Positions 37,030 through 51,639 of a stretch of 64,000 nt of DNA are shown piece by piece. The stretch's first letter is position 1; each line of letters starts with the position of its first letter. This DNA comes from Takakia lepidozioides. Taxonomy: Eukaryota; Plantae; Bryophyta. A program made the position numbers and the translations under genes. The notes under the pieces were generated by a model, which saw only the letters and a list, made by a program, of their open reading frames with translations, did not search any database and was not told the origin of the DNA. The DNA lies in NCBI GenBank assembly GCA_030704615.1, contig CM060734.1, positions 42,532,001 to 42,596,000 of the forward strand, given 5' to 3'.

Positions 37030-40000
37030 CATACTCTGTAGAGAGATTCGACCAGGGGTCAGATAAGAGTTGGTACCTGACAATGAATTAGGCAGTGTTC
37101 CAAGGTCTCAATGCATCCTGACTGGCAGCATTGACAAAGCAAGGCTTCCGGAAAGTTTAGATAATGCCCGATTTTGAGCACCCTGTTGGCCACTTGCCAT
37201 AGGAAAGCACTCACCTTAGCGGGTTTGGACTTGTCCCATACGAGTTTCCAGATACATTCCCAATTTCGTCCTGAAAGTTCTGATGGTTCCACTTCGCATT
37301 CCACTTAGCATACAATGGTGTTGCATTGAGTAAGGCTCTGTATGCTTTTTTAGCAGTGTAGGAGAAGAAGTTGGAAGGAGTGGTTCCAAAATTCCACTTC
37401 CATTCACCAAGGTCTAACTGGAGTTCTTGTAGGGGCACGCCTTTGATCCAAGCGAAGGAGGCTGATGACAGCCAGGGAAGAGGGGGCACATTCTCCGGGA
37501 CATAGGGGTTGATTTCTTTTGATTTAGAGGACCAGTGACAAACCCTTGCCTGTGAAGCATCCATATTGCTGATTGTCTAGGTAGTTTGGGAGAAGAGACT
37601 GAGAAATCCCAAGAAGCCATCCGCCGTAAAGGTGTAGCTAGTAAGGATGCCGTGGCGAGCCTCCATCCCATACATGATCGAGTAGGGCTTGCCCAAAGCC
37701 GTGACCCAAGTGTTGGGGCTATGCAGACTTCTTCCTGCCCGAAGTATGAGTTTCCTAGAGTCAGGAATGGTTTGAATGATGGATTGGATTCCAGATCTGA
37801 ATCTGTTGGCCCCCAAGGTAGCAGTAAGAGATTCGGAGGACCTAGACCAGGGATGCCTTATTTGCGAGACTCCTCTGGTTTCCCATGCTGCCCACTTTTT
37901 AGCTTGGATTTTGTCTGATTGAGTAGGGGAGGCAGAGTTGAGGAAGAGATGTTGCCTCATGACCTCAAAATAGGTGGCAGGGTTGGATTTTACTAGAAAG
38001 GGTCTGAATTTGTTCCATGCCGACCAAATAGATACCCAGAGGGGGAACCTATAGCTTTGTGCCTGAATCCCTGCGCAATCCATCTCATGGAAGGGTGCCA
38101 AACTGTGGTAGAAAGAGGGGAGCTTAGGGATATGTATTGGCCGACAAGCAGTTTCCACCAACCCCCCTCTATACCCAGGAACCTTGGCAGCCACTTCCCA
38201 AGTAATGCCTGAATCTGAGTTTCTGGGTCAAGCTTTGGTAATGTTATCTGCTTCCAGGAAACTTGTGGTTTTTTGTTTTGGGTGCTCGATTGAGCCCCCC
38301 AGAAAAGTTCCTAGAACATCTTTTGATCTCATTCATGAAGTCCGATTCCGGTCCCCAGATTGCCGCAAAATACCATATCCCTGCTTGCAGAATCTGATTT
38401 GCTATTAGAGCTCTACCAGTGATGGAGAGGAAGCGGGAGCCCCAGTATTCTAGTTGTCTCTTGTAACTGGCCAGGGTGGGGCCCATTCTCTGCTTGTCTG
38501 AAAGGCCGATGCCGAAGGCATGGCCCAAAAGGGTCGTGGGTTCCCCTGCCTTTAACCATACCTACCCAATATTATTCCCCCAAGTTGGGACAATCCCTAT
38601 GGCTGATTTGGAGGTGTCGCCCACAAGCAGGGCCTTGGTTTTAGTCTAGTTGACCCTGAAGCCGGAGACCTGGCAAAATTGTTGGAGTGTTTGTTGGGCT
38701 GCCTCCAGTGTGGGTGGTGTGGCGTCCAGCAGGAGGAAGGTATCGTCAACGAACATGGAATCTTTAACCTGTAGGCTAAGTTGAGCTGATGGGTTGTGGA
38801 TGTTCAGGCCGTGGACTGCTATGTTCCTGTCTAGAAGGTATCCCAGGGCGTCTGCCACAAAGAGGAACAGGAAGGGGGCCAAGGGGCATCCCTGTCTAAC
38901 GCTTCGGTGAAGGTCGAAGGGCTTGGAGAGACACCCATTTATCACTACCTTGCTTGAGGATTGGTTAAGGAGGATGTGAACCCAGCTACAGAACCCAGGA
39001 GGAAGCCCCACTTTGCGAAGGACTTCCAAGAGGAAGGTCCAATCCACCTTATCAAAGGCCTTCTCAAAATCCAGAAAGCCATAGGGCTAGTGCCTGATGT
39101 GTGGCAGAAGTGAAGTAAGTAGCTTCATGAGCCAACAGCACATTGCACATTGTACCTCCCTTTAATGAACCCGGTTTACCCAGTCCGAATGAGGTTTGGA
39201 AGGAGGGGTTGCAAACGAAGGGCCAGCGCCTTAGCTATGATCTTATAAGCCACGTTTAAGAGCGTGATTGGTCTGTAGTTGTTTATGTCAGATCTGTCAC
39301 CCTTCTTGAACAGGAGAGTGATGACTCCTTGTGACATAGAAGATGACATAGCACCGGTTGCTTTGATAGAATTGGCCATAGTGCAGAAATCCTGCGAGAT
39401 GTGGGGCCACAAGGCCTTATAGAATTCGGCCGGCATTCCATCCAGGCCCGAGGCCTTGTTATCATTCATCTTGTCCAAAGCCTTCCGTAGTTCCAGTTGT
39501 GTGAAGTCAGCCTCCAAAGCCTGGCCGAGGTGGACTGGGAGTTTAAGGGGGATCGCTGATAGGCATGTCTCCATGTTGGCTTTGTGTTGGGGGTCTTTCT
39601 GATCCTCTTTGAGCAGATTGGCAAAATGGGAGAAAGCTATGGCAGACATAGTCCTCGGGTCAGTGGATTTGTTACCAAGGTTGTCAGAGTAGAGTTCATG
39701 AACCCTCTGAAGTGACTTCCTAAGCTTGACTTTCTCGAAGAAGTACTTGGACATCTTTTCCCCCTTAGCTGACCAGTTGACACCCGCCTGTAAGCGCATT
39801 CTTTCTTCTTGCAAAAGCTGGAACTTTTCCAAGTTCTAGCGGGCTTCCAGGTAGGTGTGGATGTGTGGCCATCACATGAGTCGGTCTCTATTTTTTTTTG
39901 GCAAATTGATAGGCATTTTTTGAGTGCCGAGACCTTCCTTTTCTGGGCAACGGAGATGTCTCTACTCAAATCTTGGGTAGTTTTGCTAGTGGCTTTGAGC

Positions 40001-40589
40001 TTGAGGCTGAATGTTTGGATGGGGCATTGAAGGTTGTTTGCAGAATCCTTCTAGGTTTGTTCCAGACTGAGCTTGAAGTAGGGGATTTTGAGGTGGGAGG
40101 TGTTGAGTTTATAAATTCCTCTTCCCCTCTTTGCAGCCTGAGACATGGTCAACGAGGCAGACATTCTTGTGGGTGGAGCCTAGCTCTGTTGGATATAGAG
40201 AGCAAGATGTAGATTCTGTCTAATCTTGCCATGCAAAGGTCATGAAGGGAGCGGTTATTGGACCAGGTGAAGAAGGGGCTGAGTCCACCAGGTTGGGAGG
40301 TCGAACCACGTCTGTCCCGGTCATTATCAACCATATTGAAGTCTCCCGCCATCACCCAAGAGTGAGTGAGTGATTGGGAGTTCATTTTCTGGTTTATAAG
40401 GTGCCACAGGTCAGCCCGGTTGGAGTGGTTGTTTGGTGCATAGATGTTAACAAGGCCTAATGGGTCGGGCTGACTAGGAGGTTTGAGGGAACAGAACTGA
40501 ACCCTTCCTCCCAAACTTCCTCCTTGATGAAGTTTATAACTTGATAGGGGATAAAATTGAATTACATTTTCAAATCCGTTCAACCCCAA
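37030..40589 (-). mobile_element. L1/Tx1-type LINE ORF2, degenerate (APE endonuclease, RT, zf-RVT)
   Basis: NIYAPN...GDFN...ARLDRIY (40149-40589); KASGLDGMPAEFY...NYRPITLLNVAYKIIAK; DFEKAFDKVDW; SVRQGCPLAP; FVDD; KVSAFLW...CQCC...ETLEHCLIHC (37059-37304). Confidence 0.92.
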
Positions 40590-43500
40590 ATTTCACATAC
40601 TTTAGGCTGTTGCATGGCTGTTAAAGCCAGTTGGAAAATATGCAAGGTTTGGTGATTGGTCAACGGCGTGGACCACCCTCTTCCTCGTTTTGCATGGCAG
40701 AAAACCTAAAGAGCTCAACAGATATGATATGGCTCATTTACAGGCTAGAAACCTGACCTGCACTCCTTTTGTTGCACATCAGATTGTAAATAGGCAGGAT
40801 CGGATCCAGTCAATTGTGTGCCCCTGATCAAGGATCCAATGTGATAAAAATACTTTGAAGCCATCAGATGTGATAAACCGTAATCCTGAAAGGGGACAAT
40901 ACCCGCGAGGGGAAGAGGCTCTTATTTACGCTAACTCGGGCTGGCGTCATATATATATATATATATGTGATAAACCGTCAAGCGTTTAGGGGTTAATAAC
41001 GAGCCACTCATAGAGAATGACTTAGTCACTACTCATCCCAAGTGCTTCTCTCCTACAATTACCTACACCTTCCGCATCAAATTTATTCAATCTTAGTGTA
41101 GGCACTAGGCTAGGATCTAAATTGTTGCTTCACAAATAATTTGATAAAAAAAAAAAAGATCTAGAAGGTATGGTATAGGAGACTCATAGTTATTATCCAT
41201 ATTTCAAAAATATTCTGATTATCATCATTTTTCATTAGCATGAAACATACAAGTGAGCATGCATTTGTTGGTCAGGTTTTATGCGGCCGTTCAATTGGAC
41301 AGTCACAATACTGGATTTTCTACATATTATGATCAGTGCTTTAAACTTTTGTATATACATATATATGTATATATGTTTGAAATTGGTTGCTAAAGCTACT
41401 ATCAAATAGCTCAAACTTTCACTTTTTGGAGTACTGTGAAAGGGGCCAGCAGATGACATTCTGCCGCCTGCCGAGAAAAGTGGCGGCTGGGCAAGACACT
41501 TTTTCAAGGTGGGCAGAATGTCATCTGCCCTTCCCCACTCCATTGTGTAATAGTCAGTTTTTCGACCTCGGACGCCCCACGAAAACCAAAAAGAGTTCAC
41601 GATTCTCTCCCGTATACCGACCTAAAAGCGGCAAATTCGACCACCTACTGGGTATTACATATAAGGATGGTGATACCTCAAGACATTCTTATTCTTTAAA
41701 CATGACGTTTTCCAAGCTGTACACTTATACATTCCCAATCTCGCGTATCATATCATAGTTGGAGGCACACTTTCAGCTCTGCACTTCCTCACACTAACTT
41801 GAGAATTTACAAGCTCAAGAAAATGGCTCCGAGGTCCATGAACTTGCCAGCCCTATCACCCTACAAATCACTATACTTCAGTAACTCACTTGGGAGCAAA
41901 CTCTCAAAACCTTTCTAATTAGATTCAGAGTGTCTGTACATGCTTGGGGGCACTAGATCATGACAATTTTGTTCCTATCCATCCACCACCGCACACCCTC
42001 AATGTTGATGTTGCTTCACAAACCAACACAAACTGATATTGACTAGCTCGAGTGCGTGTGACTCAATGCCCACCGAATGCTTATCCCTATGGATTTGTGT
42101 GTTCCCGGATGACTCACTTCCCTCACCCGCATGGATCGATCCATTTTATTGCACACTTTCATCCACACTTTCATCCCCATTCTTCATTGAGGCATCAGGA
42201 TCAGAATTATGGCATCTGTCAGAAAAGTAGTTCGATTATTGTGCTCCCCTTGACCAACTTAGTATTCCCCATTGACCATCTGTTTTTTTTGAAATTTTGT
42301 TTTAAAATTTTGTACGGCCATCGGTTGAAGCCAATTAACTGGCCGCAAAGGTCTTTCCAAAATAGTTCCCCGAAAGATTAATTAAGATCCCATACCCATC
42401 CGAACCCTGGATGAAAAGCTATGCCAAAACAAAACATCTCTGGCCTTTGAAAGCATATTCCGCTTAACTCGTAGGTTTATACTTCTTCACATCATTAGCA
42501 CTATTAATTCTCGTTTGCACAACATTCATCCATCTGACATTCTACTCCTCTCAGCATCGGGATTATGACGTGGCGAAAATCTCGAAATTTGACTTTCTCC
42601 TTTTTAAGGAAAACATATTTTGACTTCAATCCAAAAAAACAGGGTCGGATATATATTTATAGTACTCCCCAATTTCCGGGTTCCGTTCCGTCCTTTTCCA
42701 AAACAGGCTGGTAAAAAGAAACAAAAAAACAAAATCCCAAAGAAAAGAAAAGAAAATATTTATTATTGGTTTATCTTGAATATTTCGCACTCGCTCTGTT
42801 TACATTGAACGGACTTGAAGTCTCGATGTGCACAAGAAGGCGCTGTCGAAGTTTCTACGGCATTCATCCATGTCGACTGGAAATGGATGCAACAACCTGG
42901 GGTTTATTCATCGCTATCGCCAGAAAGTGCAGAGGAAAGCGAATAGAGCGGAGGCGGAAGGCGGACCAGGTGCAGTGCACCGGAGGGTGGTCGTTGCCGG
43001 GCCTGCCCAACGGGCGCCCTTCATTTCGCCCGGGCTTCACCCGCAATTCAAAAGCTGGCTGCTTCTCTCTCTTCTTCGTCTCTCGCAGTCTGGGCAGCAG
43101 CGTTGCTTCATCTGTGCCACTCTCTCTCCTTCTCTCACAATTCTGTGTGCAGCGTGGGAACAGTGTAGCTCAGTTGCAGTTTTTTCCCTTCCTTGCAGCG
43201 TTTGCTTTGTGGGCTGCCTGCTTTTGTGGAGCCCATTGTGGCAGACACGGAATCAATCTTTTGATAGAGAAGATTTAACATTCTGCGATAGTAGAATTCA
43301 TGCACCTTTGTTGTTTGGGGTGATTGGATTTTTCCTGGATGTGAAGTGATTTTTGGGGCGCTGGATGCGGTACAAATTTGTCGTAAATTTGAGAACTTCT
43401 TCACAATTTCTGGCTGCTGATTGAAGGGGGAAAGAGATAAATCGTGCCTCGTTATCTACTCGCCCATGGTGTTGTAACGCAGAGATCTCTTGCCCGGTTT

Positions 43501-43601
43501 GGAGGGAGAGAGTGAGGGAGAGAAAGCGAGCGAAAAGAAGACCAGAGGGGTAGACAAGAGAAAAAGAACCTCTGAGATAACTACTCTGAGCGAGCAAGAG
43601 A

Positions 43602-43604
<3 letters not shown>

Positions 43605-43640
<36 letters not shown>
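43605..43640 (+). repeat. (GA)n microsatellite abutting the start codon
   Basis: About 18 GA units running directly into the ATG at 43640. Confidence 0.95.
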
Positions 43641-43644
<4 letters not shown>

Positions 43645-46600
43645 TCAGCATGGTACTGTGTTGCGGTATGGAATCATAGGGGTGGGCATGATGGGAAGGG
43701 AGCATTTGTACAACTTGGCTGCAATACCCGGTGCACTGGTGGTGGCTGTGGCTGATCCCTACCCTGCTTCCCGAGAAGCGGCCCTTGCTGCGGCATCGGC
43801 CTTGCACGTTTCCAAACAATCTGGAGCTCCTCTTCAGGTGAGAATCAGCACTGGCTCAAGAAGAATACTGTGGGCTTGGAATTAGGAAGGTGATTCTTTC
43901 GTAAGTTGTTAGTTCATCTCGTCACGGATACGAGACGATGGCTCGGTTGTTTCTGCATGAAGAGTTTTTTCGGGAAAAGGTTATGGAAGTGTTACATGCA
44001 AGTTGTGTTTACGTTGTGCTTTATATGGAGTCTTGCGTAATAAGTGCTTTCATTTGCTTTTAGTACTTTGATTTCCGTGAGACTATTTTAAAGCCCCCCG
44101 CCCAAGTTCAAATGTGTACGCAAAAGAATTCACGGACAAGAAAATTCCTTCAAGAACCCACGAGAACAAATTCAAAAGTTTTCTTTGTGTTCGTGAGTGT
44201 TCCTGTTGCGAGGGCCTTTTACCCCCTCTTTCCAGTTCCTTTCCTGGGGAGCTTGTCGCCTCTGCCTGCCATGGAGATCCTGTCCTGCAAGAAAGACTAG
44301 CGAGTTTCCATAAGTTGCTGCCCAATGAGCTTTACGTCACTACCACAGCTCCATAGAAATCAACCCTTTAAGTCTAAACTATACATTATGGAAGGCATTT
44401 TCTTCTTGACACTGTTGACAAAATGATTACGTGGGAGCTGTAGGTATTTTCAAATCATGGGGCGCTTCTGGACAGCGGATTGTGTGACATAGTGGTAGTG
44501 GCCACCCCGAACATGACACATGCCCACATTCTGCTGGACATTCTCAACCATCCGAAGCCTCACCACATTCTTGTTGAGAAGCCTCTCTGCACCACAGTGG
44601 AAGATTGCTACAAGGTAAGCCTAAGTTTTACGCTTTGGGAGCCGTATGGGTGGAAGAGAGCTTTGCCACTTCATACTGATCATTGAATAGATAGGTGTCA
44701 CATCCTGAAGGAGGGTCAATGTAACAAACTATGTCTCATGTCAGAGCAAAACTCTGTTTTAGGTTCCTTTAGTGGGTGGTAGGTAATTTTGTTTTCTCGC
44801 ATGCAACTATCAACTCTACTCTTAGACAGAGAAACTGGTATTGTGGTATATTCACATGCACGTATGTTAATCCAATGGTAATTGCTGTCATTCTTGCAAA
44901 AGGATATATAAAGGAGCGAGTTTTGGGGGGAAATCAGGCTTGGATGTGGTCTCACAAGAGTCCAGTGGGGATAGGCAGGTGTTAGCAGCAGCACAAGCCC
45001 GACCTGAATTGTTAGTGCAAGTGGGACTGGAGTATAGATACATTCCAACTGTGGCCAAGCTCATAGGGCAGGTCAAGCTGGGCTCTCTGGGTCATGTGCG
45101 CATGGTTGCAATTCGCGAACACCGCTTTCCTTTCCTTGTTAAGGTGCTGCAGACTCTGCCCTTCCTCTAATTTTTTGTTGTTTTATATGAGGAATTTTTG
45201 GTTGTCTGGTGCTTCTACATGGGATGAGGATCCATGTTAGCAGTGGTGGTGTGGAAACAAGCAGCCCGAGTCACTCTCTTTCTGCCTTCTTTGGGGCTTC
45301 TGTGTCATGGTATTGGGGTGAATGAAGTGGGGCACATATGACAATGCAGAAACTTTGCCAGTTGAAATCTGCTTTCTAGCCTAAAAGACTGCTCCAATAT
45401 TTTGGACCACTATGTGTGCACAGGTCAATAACTGGAATCGATTCAACAAAAACTCTGGGGGCACTTTGGTGGAGAAATGCTGCCACTTTTTTGACCTCAT
45501 GACACTCATTTTAGATTCTACCCCTGTTCGTGTCATGGCTTCTGGTGCACAGACCCTCAATCATCTGGATGAGATTTATGATGGCAAGGTACATGCTGTC
45601 TTCCACTCTTGGAAGCCTTTTTATTGTTTTTTGAATCCTGTCTCTCTCTCTTTCCCAGTATGGCTAAAAGGCTATAGCAAGAAAGGTATGAGCATATTGT
45701 CACCATAAATCTCTGTGTGATCTGATATGTTGACCCCAGAGTAAGACTCCCAGCATGTGACAATGATGTCTGATCAATCGGAGGAACAGTTACCTCTTGA
45801 GAGGGAATCCTACACCAGGTAACTTGGATATCACAGGCTCCTGATTATTAAACTGGATTGTGTGGAAGTAGGTTCCAGACACACTGGACAATGCATATGT
45901 GATAGTGGAGTATGAGAATGGTGCAAGAGGTATGCTGGATCTGTGCATGTTTGCTGAAGGCAGCCGGAATGAGCAAGAAATCACTGTTGTGGGAGACATT
46001 GGCAAGGTGCTCATACTGTTTCACTGTTGCAAGCATTTCTGGTTCTGATTTTCACTGTTTTTTCAATCCTTTCTCAAATTGGTTAACAGTAGGTTGGAAA
46101 ATGAGAAGGATTATTGAACTCCCCACCTCTTATGGAGGATAATCACTTTGATGACTGCTGTCCACACCTACATCATATAAAGAATCTGAGAACTGAAGTG
46201 CTAACTAGACACTTTTGTGTCCCTTTATACTTCTCGCAATGGTCAGATCTGCATTCACAACTGATAACACTCCCCATCAAACCTCCCCTTGTCGCACCTT
46301 CAGAAAGCAGACCTTAACTGTGCTCAGTCAGGTCCAGCATGGTCAGCTTTGCATCACATCTGAGTGATTTGGCTTTGAGTTTGTGTATGCTGGGGCTGGA
46401 CTAACATATATAGTATCTTTTGCAGGGGGAGGCATTTGTCCCAGAAAGCATTGTGCGAATTGGTACACGTGACTCTGGCAGGACAGGAGTTGTGACATAT
46501 GAAGTTTACGACAAGCGAATCAAGTAAGAAGATCTTGAACTCCACATTTGTTACTTGAATTTGTTGTTGGAAGCACATGCGGACACATGCTTCATTTAGC

Positions 46601-46663
46601 CATCTAAGTACAAGACGTGATTCTCTCTTACAAGCCAAAGACCCTGCTTCTTCGGCCGGCGTC

Positions 46664-46724
<61 letters not shown>

Positions 46725-47017
46725 GCTCATGTAGAAATAAGGCTACCCCCCCCCAGGCACTTGTCTTTCTTTAGCAATGATCTGGTCATTCAGTTTTCTG
46801 ATCCAGTTTTGGTATCAGGTATGAAGGGCTACACCATGGATCAAGTTACTTGGAACACTTGGAGTTTGCAGCCGCGGTACAGTCACATGGTTTACATCCC
46901 CCATCTGTAGATATGCATGCAGGGTTGCTGTCGGTGGCTATTGGGGTCGCAGCCCATCGCTCCATTGAGCTTGGCAGATTTGTTACCTTGAAAGAAGTGA
47001 TGGAAAAGAAATTGTAA
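43640..47017 (+). CDS. Gfo/Idh/MocA family NAD(P)-dependent oxidoreductase (inositol 2-dehydrogenase-like), 7 exons
   Basis: Exons 43640-43837, 44444-44614, 44979-45143, 45424-45588, 45872-46006, 46426-46523 and 46819-47017, all GT-AG and in phase. Motifs: [65 protein letters not shown]. Confidence 0.95.
46666..46721 (+). repeat. (CT)n microsatellite in intron 6
   Basis: Uninterrupted CT run of about 28 units. Confidence 0.95.
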
Positions 47018-50000
47018 TGATAAAACAACCAACCTATATCTCTACCACTACCCTGTAATCTGAGCGAGCATCCTGTAGAGTAAAATCTTCTTTGGCTCAG
47101 AAGATAGGATGACATTTGTTACAAAGCTGAGCATATGATAGTTTTACAGAACTCAGAACTGAGGAGGTGTGAACATTGCCTCCCCTTGCTCAAGCAGGTG
47201 TGGAGACTTCCCACTCTCTGAGAGAATAATTGGTGGAGCTCTAATTCGTCTATTCTTCAGTGGCAATAAAATCGTACAGATAGTATTCTTCACTCACAGC
47301 AAACCAGTATCTGTTAAATTTGTCCACTAGTTTCCTCAAGGTTGTAGTTCACACACAATTTCAACCATCACATTGAAGATACTTCATTGAGACAACACAA
47401 GATAACAAACAACCAGTAATGTGACTTCCATAGGCTGTTGCCCTACCGTCACCTATGGTGGTTATAAAGGTACCCACCTGATCGCCCTTTGCAGTTACTA
47501 GACATTTCTTTTTCTGTCATCAGCATTAGCTAAGCATAAGTTAACGTGTTGGAGTTGTAGAGGTTTATTTTGACTCACATAATCCATTGAAGGTGTAGAA
47601 TCAACTGGAAATGTGTTTTCTTTGAAATATGAAATACTAATCCATTAGCATTGTTGTTTGCTCAAGTTCAAAAGGTTTATTTCCACCTGCATGATCCGCT
47701 CAAGATGCAGACCAAACTGGGTAACCTTGATTTTCTTTAGATTATGAAATACTAACCCACCTCGCCAGTGTACCAGACTTTCACAGTTTACAACTCCTCC
47801 CATTTAAGGATGTAGTATGAAGCTGATGTAGCTCTCTGAATCCAAAAGGTGTGAAGCATAGTGGCAATGTCTGGCATATCATATACACTAGTGTCACAAT
47901 TCCATGACACTGTCACTTTGCTTCACACTTTGCTTCATATCCAAACTATACAAGGCTCTACAATGGAACAACGTCGCAGGGGAGAGAGATTAAAAATGGC
48001 AGGGCTTGAGGGATGAACTTTACTTTTGAGCAATGAGTGTAAGGAAGGAAAACATTCAGACAGGTCATGACACACCTCGACAGGTAAGCATTATAAAAGC
48101 CACATTTAGAAAGCTTCACTTGGTGAGTGCAGTCGCATAGTTGCACCAACAATGTAGGAAATTGTAGCTTGATAAATTCTGGCATTGGGCTGGGAACGCA
48201 ACAACCAAAACTCTCTCGCCACTCACCTAAGAAGGGCTCTTCTAGCGCACTATAAGGACAACAAGGAGATACAAGCTAAAGCAAATTCTCTCCACATTTA
48301 CTTCAGGGTTTTCAATGGGGAAGTAATGTTCAAGATGCAAAAGACTGGCAAAAGTTAACATACCATACCAGAGTCTAGGTTGGCTTGCAGGTCCATGTTT
48401 AGCAGTTTCCAACAGTTGACATTCCCCTACATAAAGACACCACACTATCCTTAGAAAAGGGTGATGGACATGCCAGGTTGACAAACATCGAGCAAAATAT
48501 TTTACCCATCAGAACATAAAGCAGGGACATCACTATGGTGTCATAACAAACAACCTCCTGCCTAAATGGCCATGAGAGAGTCTTGAAACTCAATAAGGAC
48601 TAGGACCGGGTCATGGAAAAGGGACATCGACCAAACAAATTCCCATGCCTGCCTGTTTCTAAATCTTGTCTAGACTGCCTTCGGGCAGAGTGTTCTTCTC
48701 TCTCTAATATCAACAAGGAAGCAATCACCGATTAACTTTCAAAAGCTCTGAATCCGATCAAGTGTGGGTGCAACTCCATGGCAGCAACCAAACACTCTGG
48801 CGCTTGGGTTTTGAGCACACACTAATTTCAAAAGCCCTGAGTCTGATCAAGGTGGGCCACAAGCCACGCTATAGGCTCTTAGAGCACCCAAAGCCTAGCA
48901 GTCATAGGCACTTCAACTAAACCCCAAGTCCCATCAAGTGTGGATGCAACTCCAGGCAGCAACAAACACTCTGCTTGCATTTGGGAGCATTTTGTTCATG
49001 GATTAACATCAAACACCCCCAAGTACAATCAAGTGTGGGTGCAACTCCAAGCAGACCAAACACTCACACAAGATATTGAGGTACATGTGACAACTATGTG
49101 GCTATCCCTGCAGAAGTTGGCTTTACTTCATTGCTATGGTGCTTCAACCGTACCTAAGCCAGTAGTGTAGGATGGTGTAGTAAAGTGTACACAAGTTATA
49201 CATTCTGAGCTGCTCAAGCTAAGTCTCCACCAGGCCTTCCTTGGGAGGGCACACTGCCTACAAAAGCCAGACTGACTGCACAAAGTACTTGATTGACATA
49301 CCTGGAGTAAGCTCCATTGCTTTGCCGGCAAATTACTGTAAAAAGTTGACACTGTCTTTCAGTAGATTGATGCCAAGCCCAAAACTTCCAGTTCGTATCG
49401 GACCCAAAAGCCGACAACATTGCTCGAGTACAATCTCTTGTACTCAGAATGTGTATCACTCCCAGTGAAGCCTCACGACCAATGCAATGCTGGAGAAAAC
49501 AAATTTGTAGCCACTGATTGGCTGTGGGGTTCCAAGACACAATGTGCGGACTGGTTCACAGGATACATTGTCAGCCTCATTCATATAAGGCGTGCTGTGC
49601 CAGCTAAGATGGCTCAAGTACACTAGGTGCATGAGCTATTGAGGCTTGAATATTGAGAAACAGAGGTTTGCGTCATACTAAGGAAATAATATTTTCAATC
49701 AAGCACAGTTCCAATTATGAGAGAGCAATCTTCAACTGAAGCCAGATGTGCACTGGATCATTTTGGCAAGAACTTTTAAAGCTGTTGATGAAACGGGCAT
49801 GGTGCGTCCTGATGGTGGCCTCGGGACAGAATTTTCTGATGTTAGTTTATTTTGTGGCTAGCATGGAGGATGATGTCCTTGGTAGTCTGACAAGCGCATT
49901 CATTGGCAGCACATACAGACTGAGTAACAATGTCATATGGTCTGACAATAAAGGACACTGCTTGCAAGATTTTTACAAAAGACCGGAACTTGCCTACTGG

Positions 50001-50436
50001 ACTGCGGAGAGGGGTCTGAGATCTCATGTCACTACCTTGAGAGGCAAATCAGACAAAAATATAACTTAAATTGGACTCTGAATGCATTAGAAGCCAGGAT
50101 AAAAACATAGGAAAGAAAGCAACGCAGGGGACACCAGACTGTCACAAAATTTTACGATCAAACCTACCTTGAAAGCAGTCAATTTAACATTGTTTGTCTG
50201 AGTGTGTCTTTGCTGTTAGTTCTGCCTGCCAGATAGCCGCCTGTATGGCGTTCCATCATTGCAAAAGCATAAAAAAAATTTGCTTGCTAGATATCTAGGA
50301 AGCCGTGCACAAACATTACAAAACTGAATCTGAGGTAGACGAAAGCTCCTGTCACCTTTCCACAAATGCACCAGCAGCCCGTCTAGGCTCGCTCTTGCGG
50401 TTACTGCCCTCCCGTTTCGGCAAACGAATGATCCTG

Positions 50437-50814
50437 TCATCTTTCCACAAATGCACCAGCAGCCCGTCTAGGCTCGCTCTTGCGCCTGCTGCCCTCCCGT
50501 CTTGCTACCTTTGGCTTTGCAGGTTCATCTGAATGATCCCTGCTCGCGTCCCCATTCATCTCAGCAACCGAATCTGCTGTATCCCCAACCTTTTTAGGCC
50601 TGCTACGTTTATTTCCATTTTCTGAACCTGCCTGCTGAGTTTTTTCGCTGCTCAGAGTGTCAGTTTTCTTGTCCTCAGCTGGCGCCTCTTCTTTCACAAC
50701 CTTACGGGGCCGTCCTCTCTTTCTCTGAACAGGAGCAGCGCTCGATGCACTGCTTGCAGCGACTGTTTTGGATGCCGCAACGTCCCTCTTAGCTACAACC
50801 TTGGAGCGCCCCAT
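50437..50814 (-). CDS. Small basic AT-hook motif protein
   Basis: 125-aa ORF with KRGRPRK and a C-terminal RREGSRRKSEPRRAA motif. An AG acceptor immediately before the ATG suggests a 5'-UTR intron. Confidence 0.75.
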   Translation of the reverse strand: MGRSKVVAKRDVAASKTVAASSASSAAPVQRKRGRPRKVVKEEAPAEDKKTDTLSSEKTQQAGSENGNKRSRPKKVGDTADSVAEMNGDASRDHSDEPAKPKVARREGSRRKSEPRRAAGAFVER

Positions 50815-51639
50815 CTGTGGTGATATACGAGATGGATTCTAATAAGATTTAGGCTCCACAAATCACCCCAGCCTCCTTCCACACAAATTGTACGAGCTAG
50901 AGAGTATCACAAACAAAGATCCCCCGGCAGATTCACAGCACTACCAAGGCCAAAATTTATTAGAGAAACAGCTCCGGATTTCGGAGAAAACACAAGCCAG
51001 CACGTAAAAGATCACACACTCGGGGGATCCACAGGACTACCAAGGCCAAAATTTAATAGAGAAACAGCTACGGATTCCGGAGAAAACACAAGCCAGCACC
51101 TAAAAGATCACACACTCGATTCCCCCATACTCCACCACCGAACATACCCGAACATAACACAAGAAGACAATCAGCTGACAAAACCAATGGCTTGCCTTCA
51201 CACTCCTCCTCAACCTGCTCCAAAACTCTCTACTCACAACTAAAATCCAATGCGATCAAATAATGCATCTATAACACATCAACACAGCGCCTAACAGAAT
51301 GCGGCAACACTCGGCCTGATCCACAGCGGGGCCGCATTGGCCATGTCCACGCCCTATCCCTCTCCCCCGCTCTGTCCCCTAGCGTGAAAAGCAAGGCGGG
51401 CAGAGGCAAGCTAGCTACAAAACCCCCAGCGATAAAACAAACAAACAAATAACTAAGTAATAGAAAGCGAGGCAGCCCGTCAGTCTCTCACATCCCCCCC
51501 TCTGCTCCACAGACAAGCCGGGCTCCTCTTTCCCACCCTGCTCCGCGGTTCCTCCGACCTTACCGCGGTTGCTGTCGCCCGCGCCACGACCGGGTAAGCC
51601 CGGAACACCACGCGGCAAATCCCAGGGCTGGATTTCCCT

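Noticed and set aside
42766-43349. Overlapping 170-aa ORFs upstream of the oxidoreductase
   Set aside because: No recognisable motifs; more likely promoter, 5'-UTR and intron sequence.
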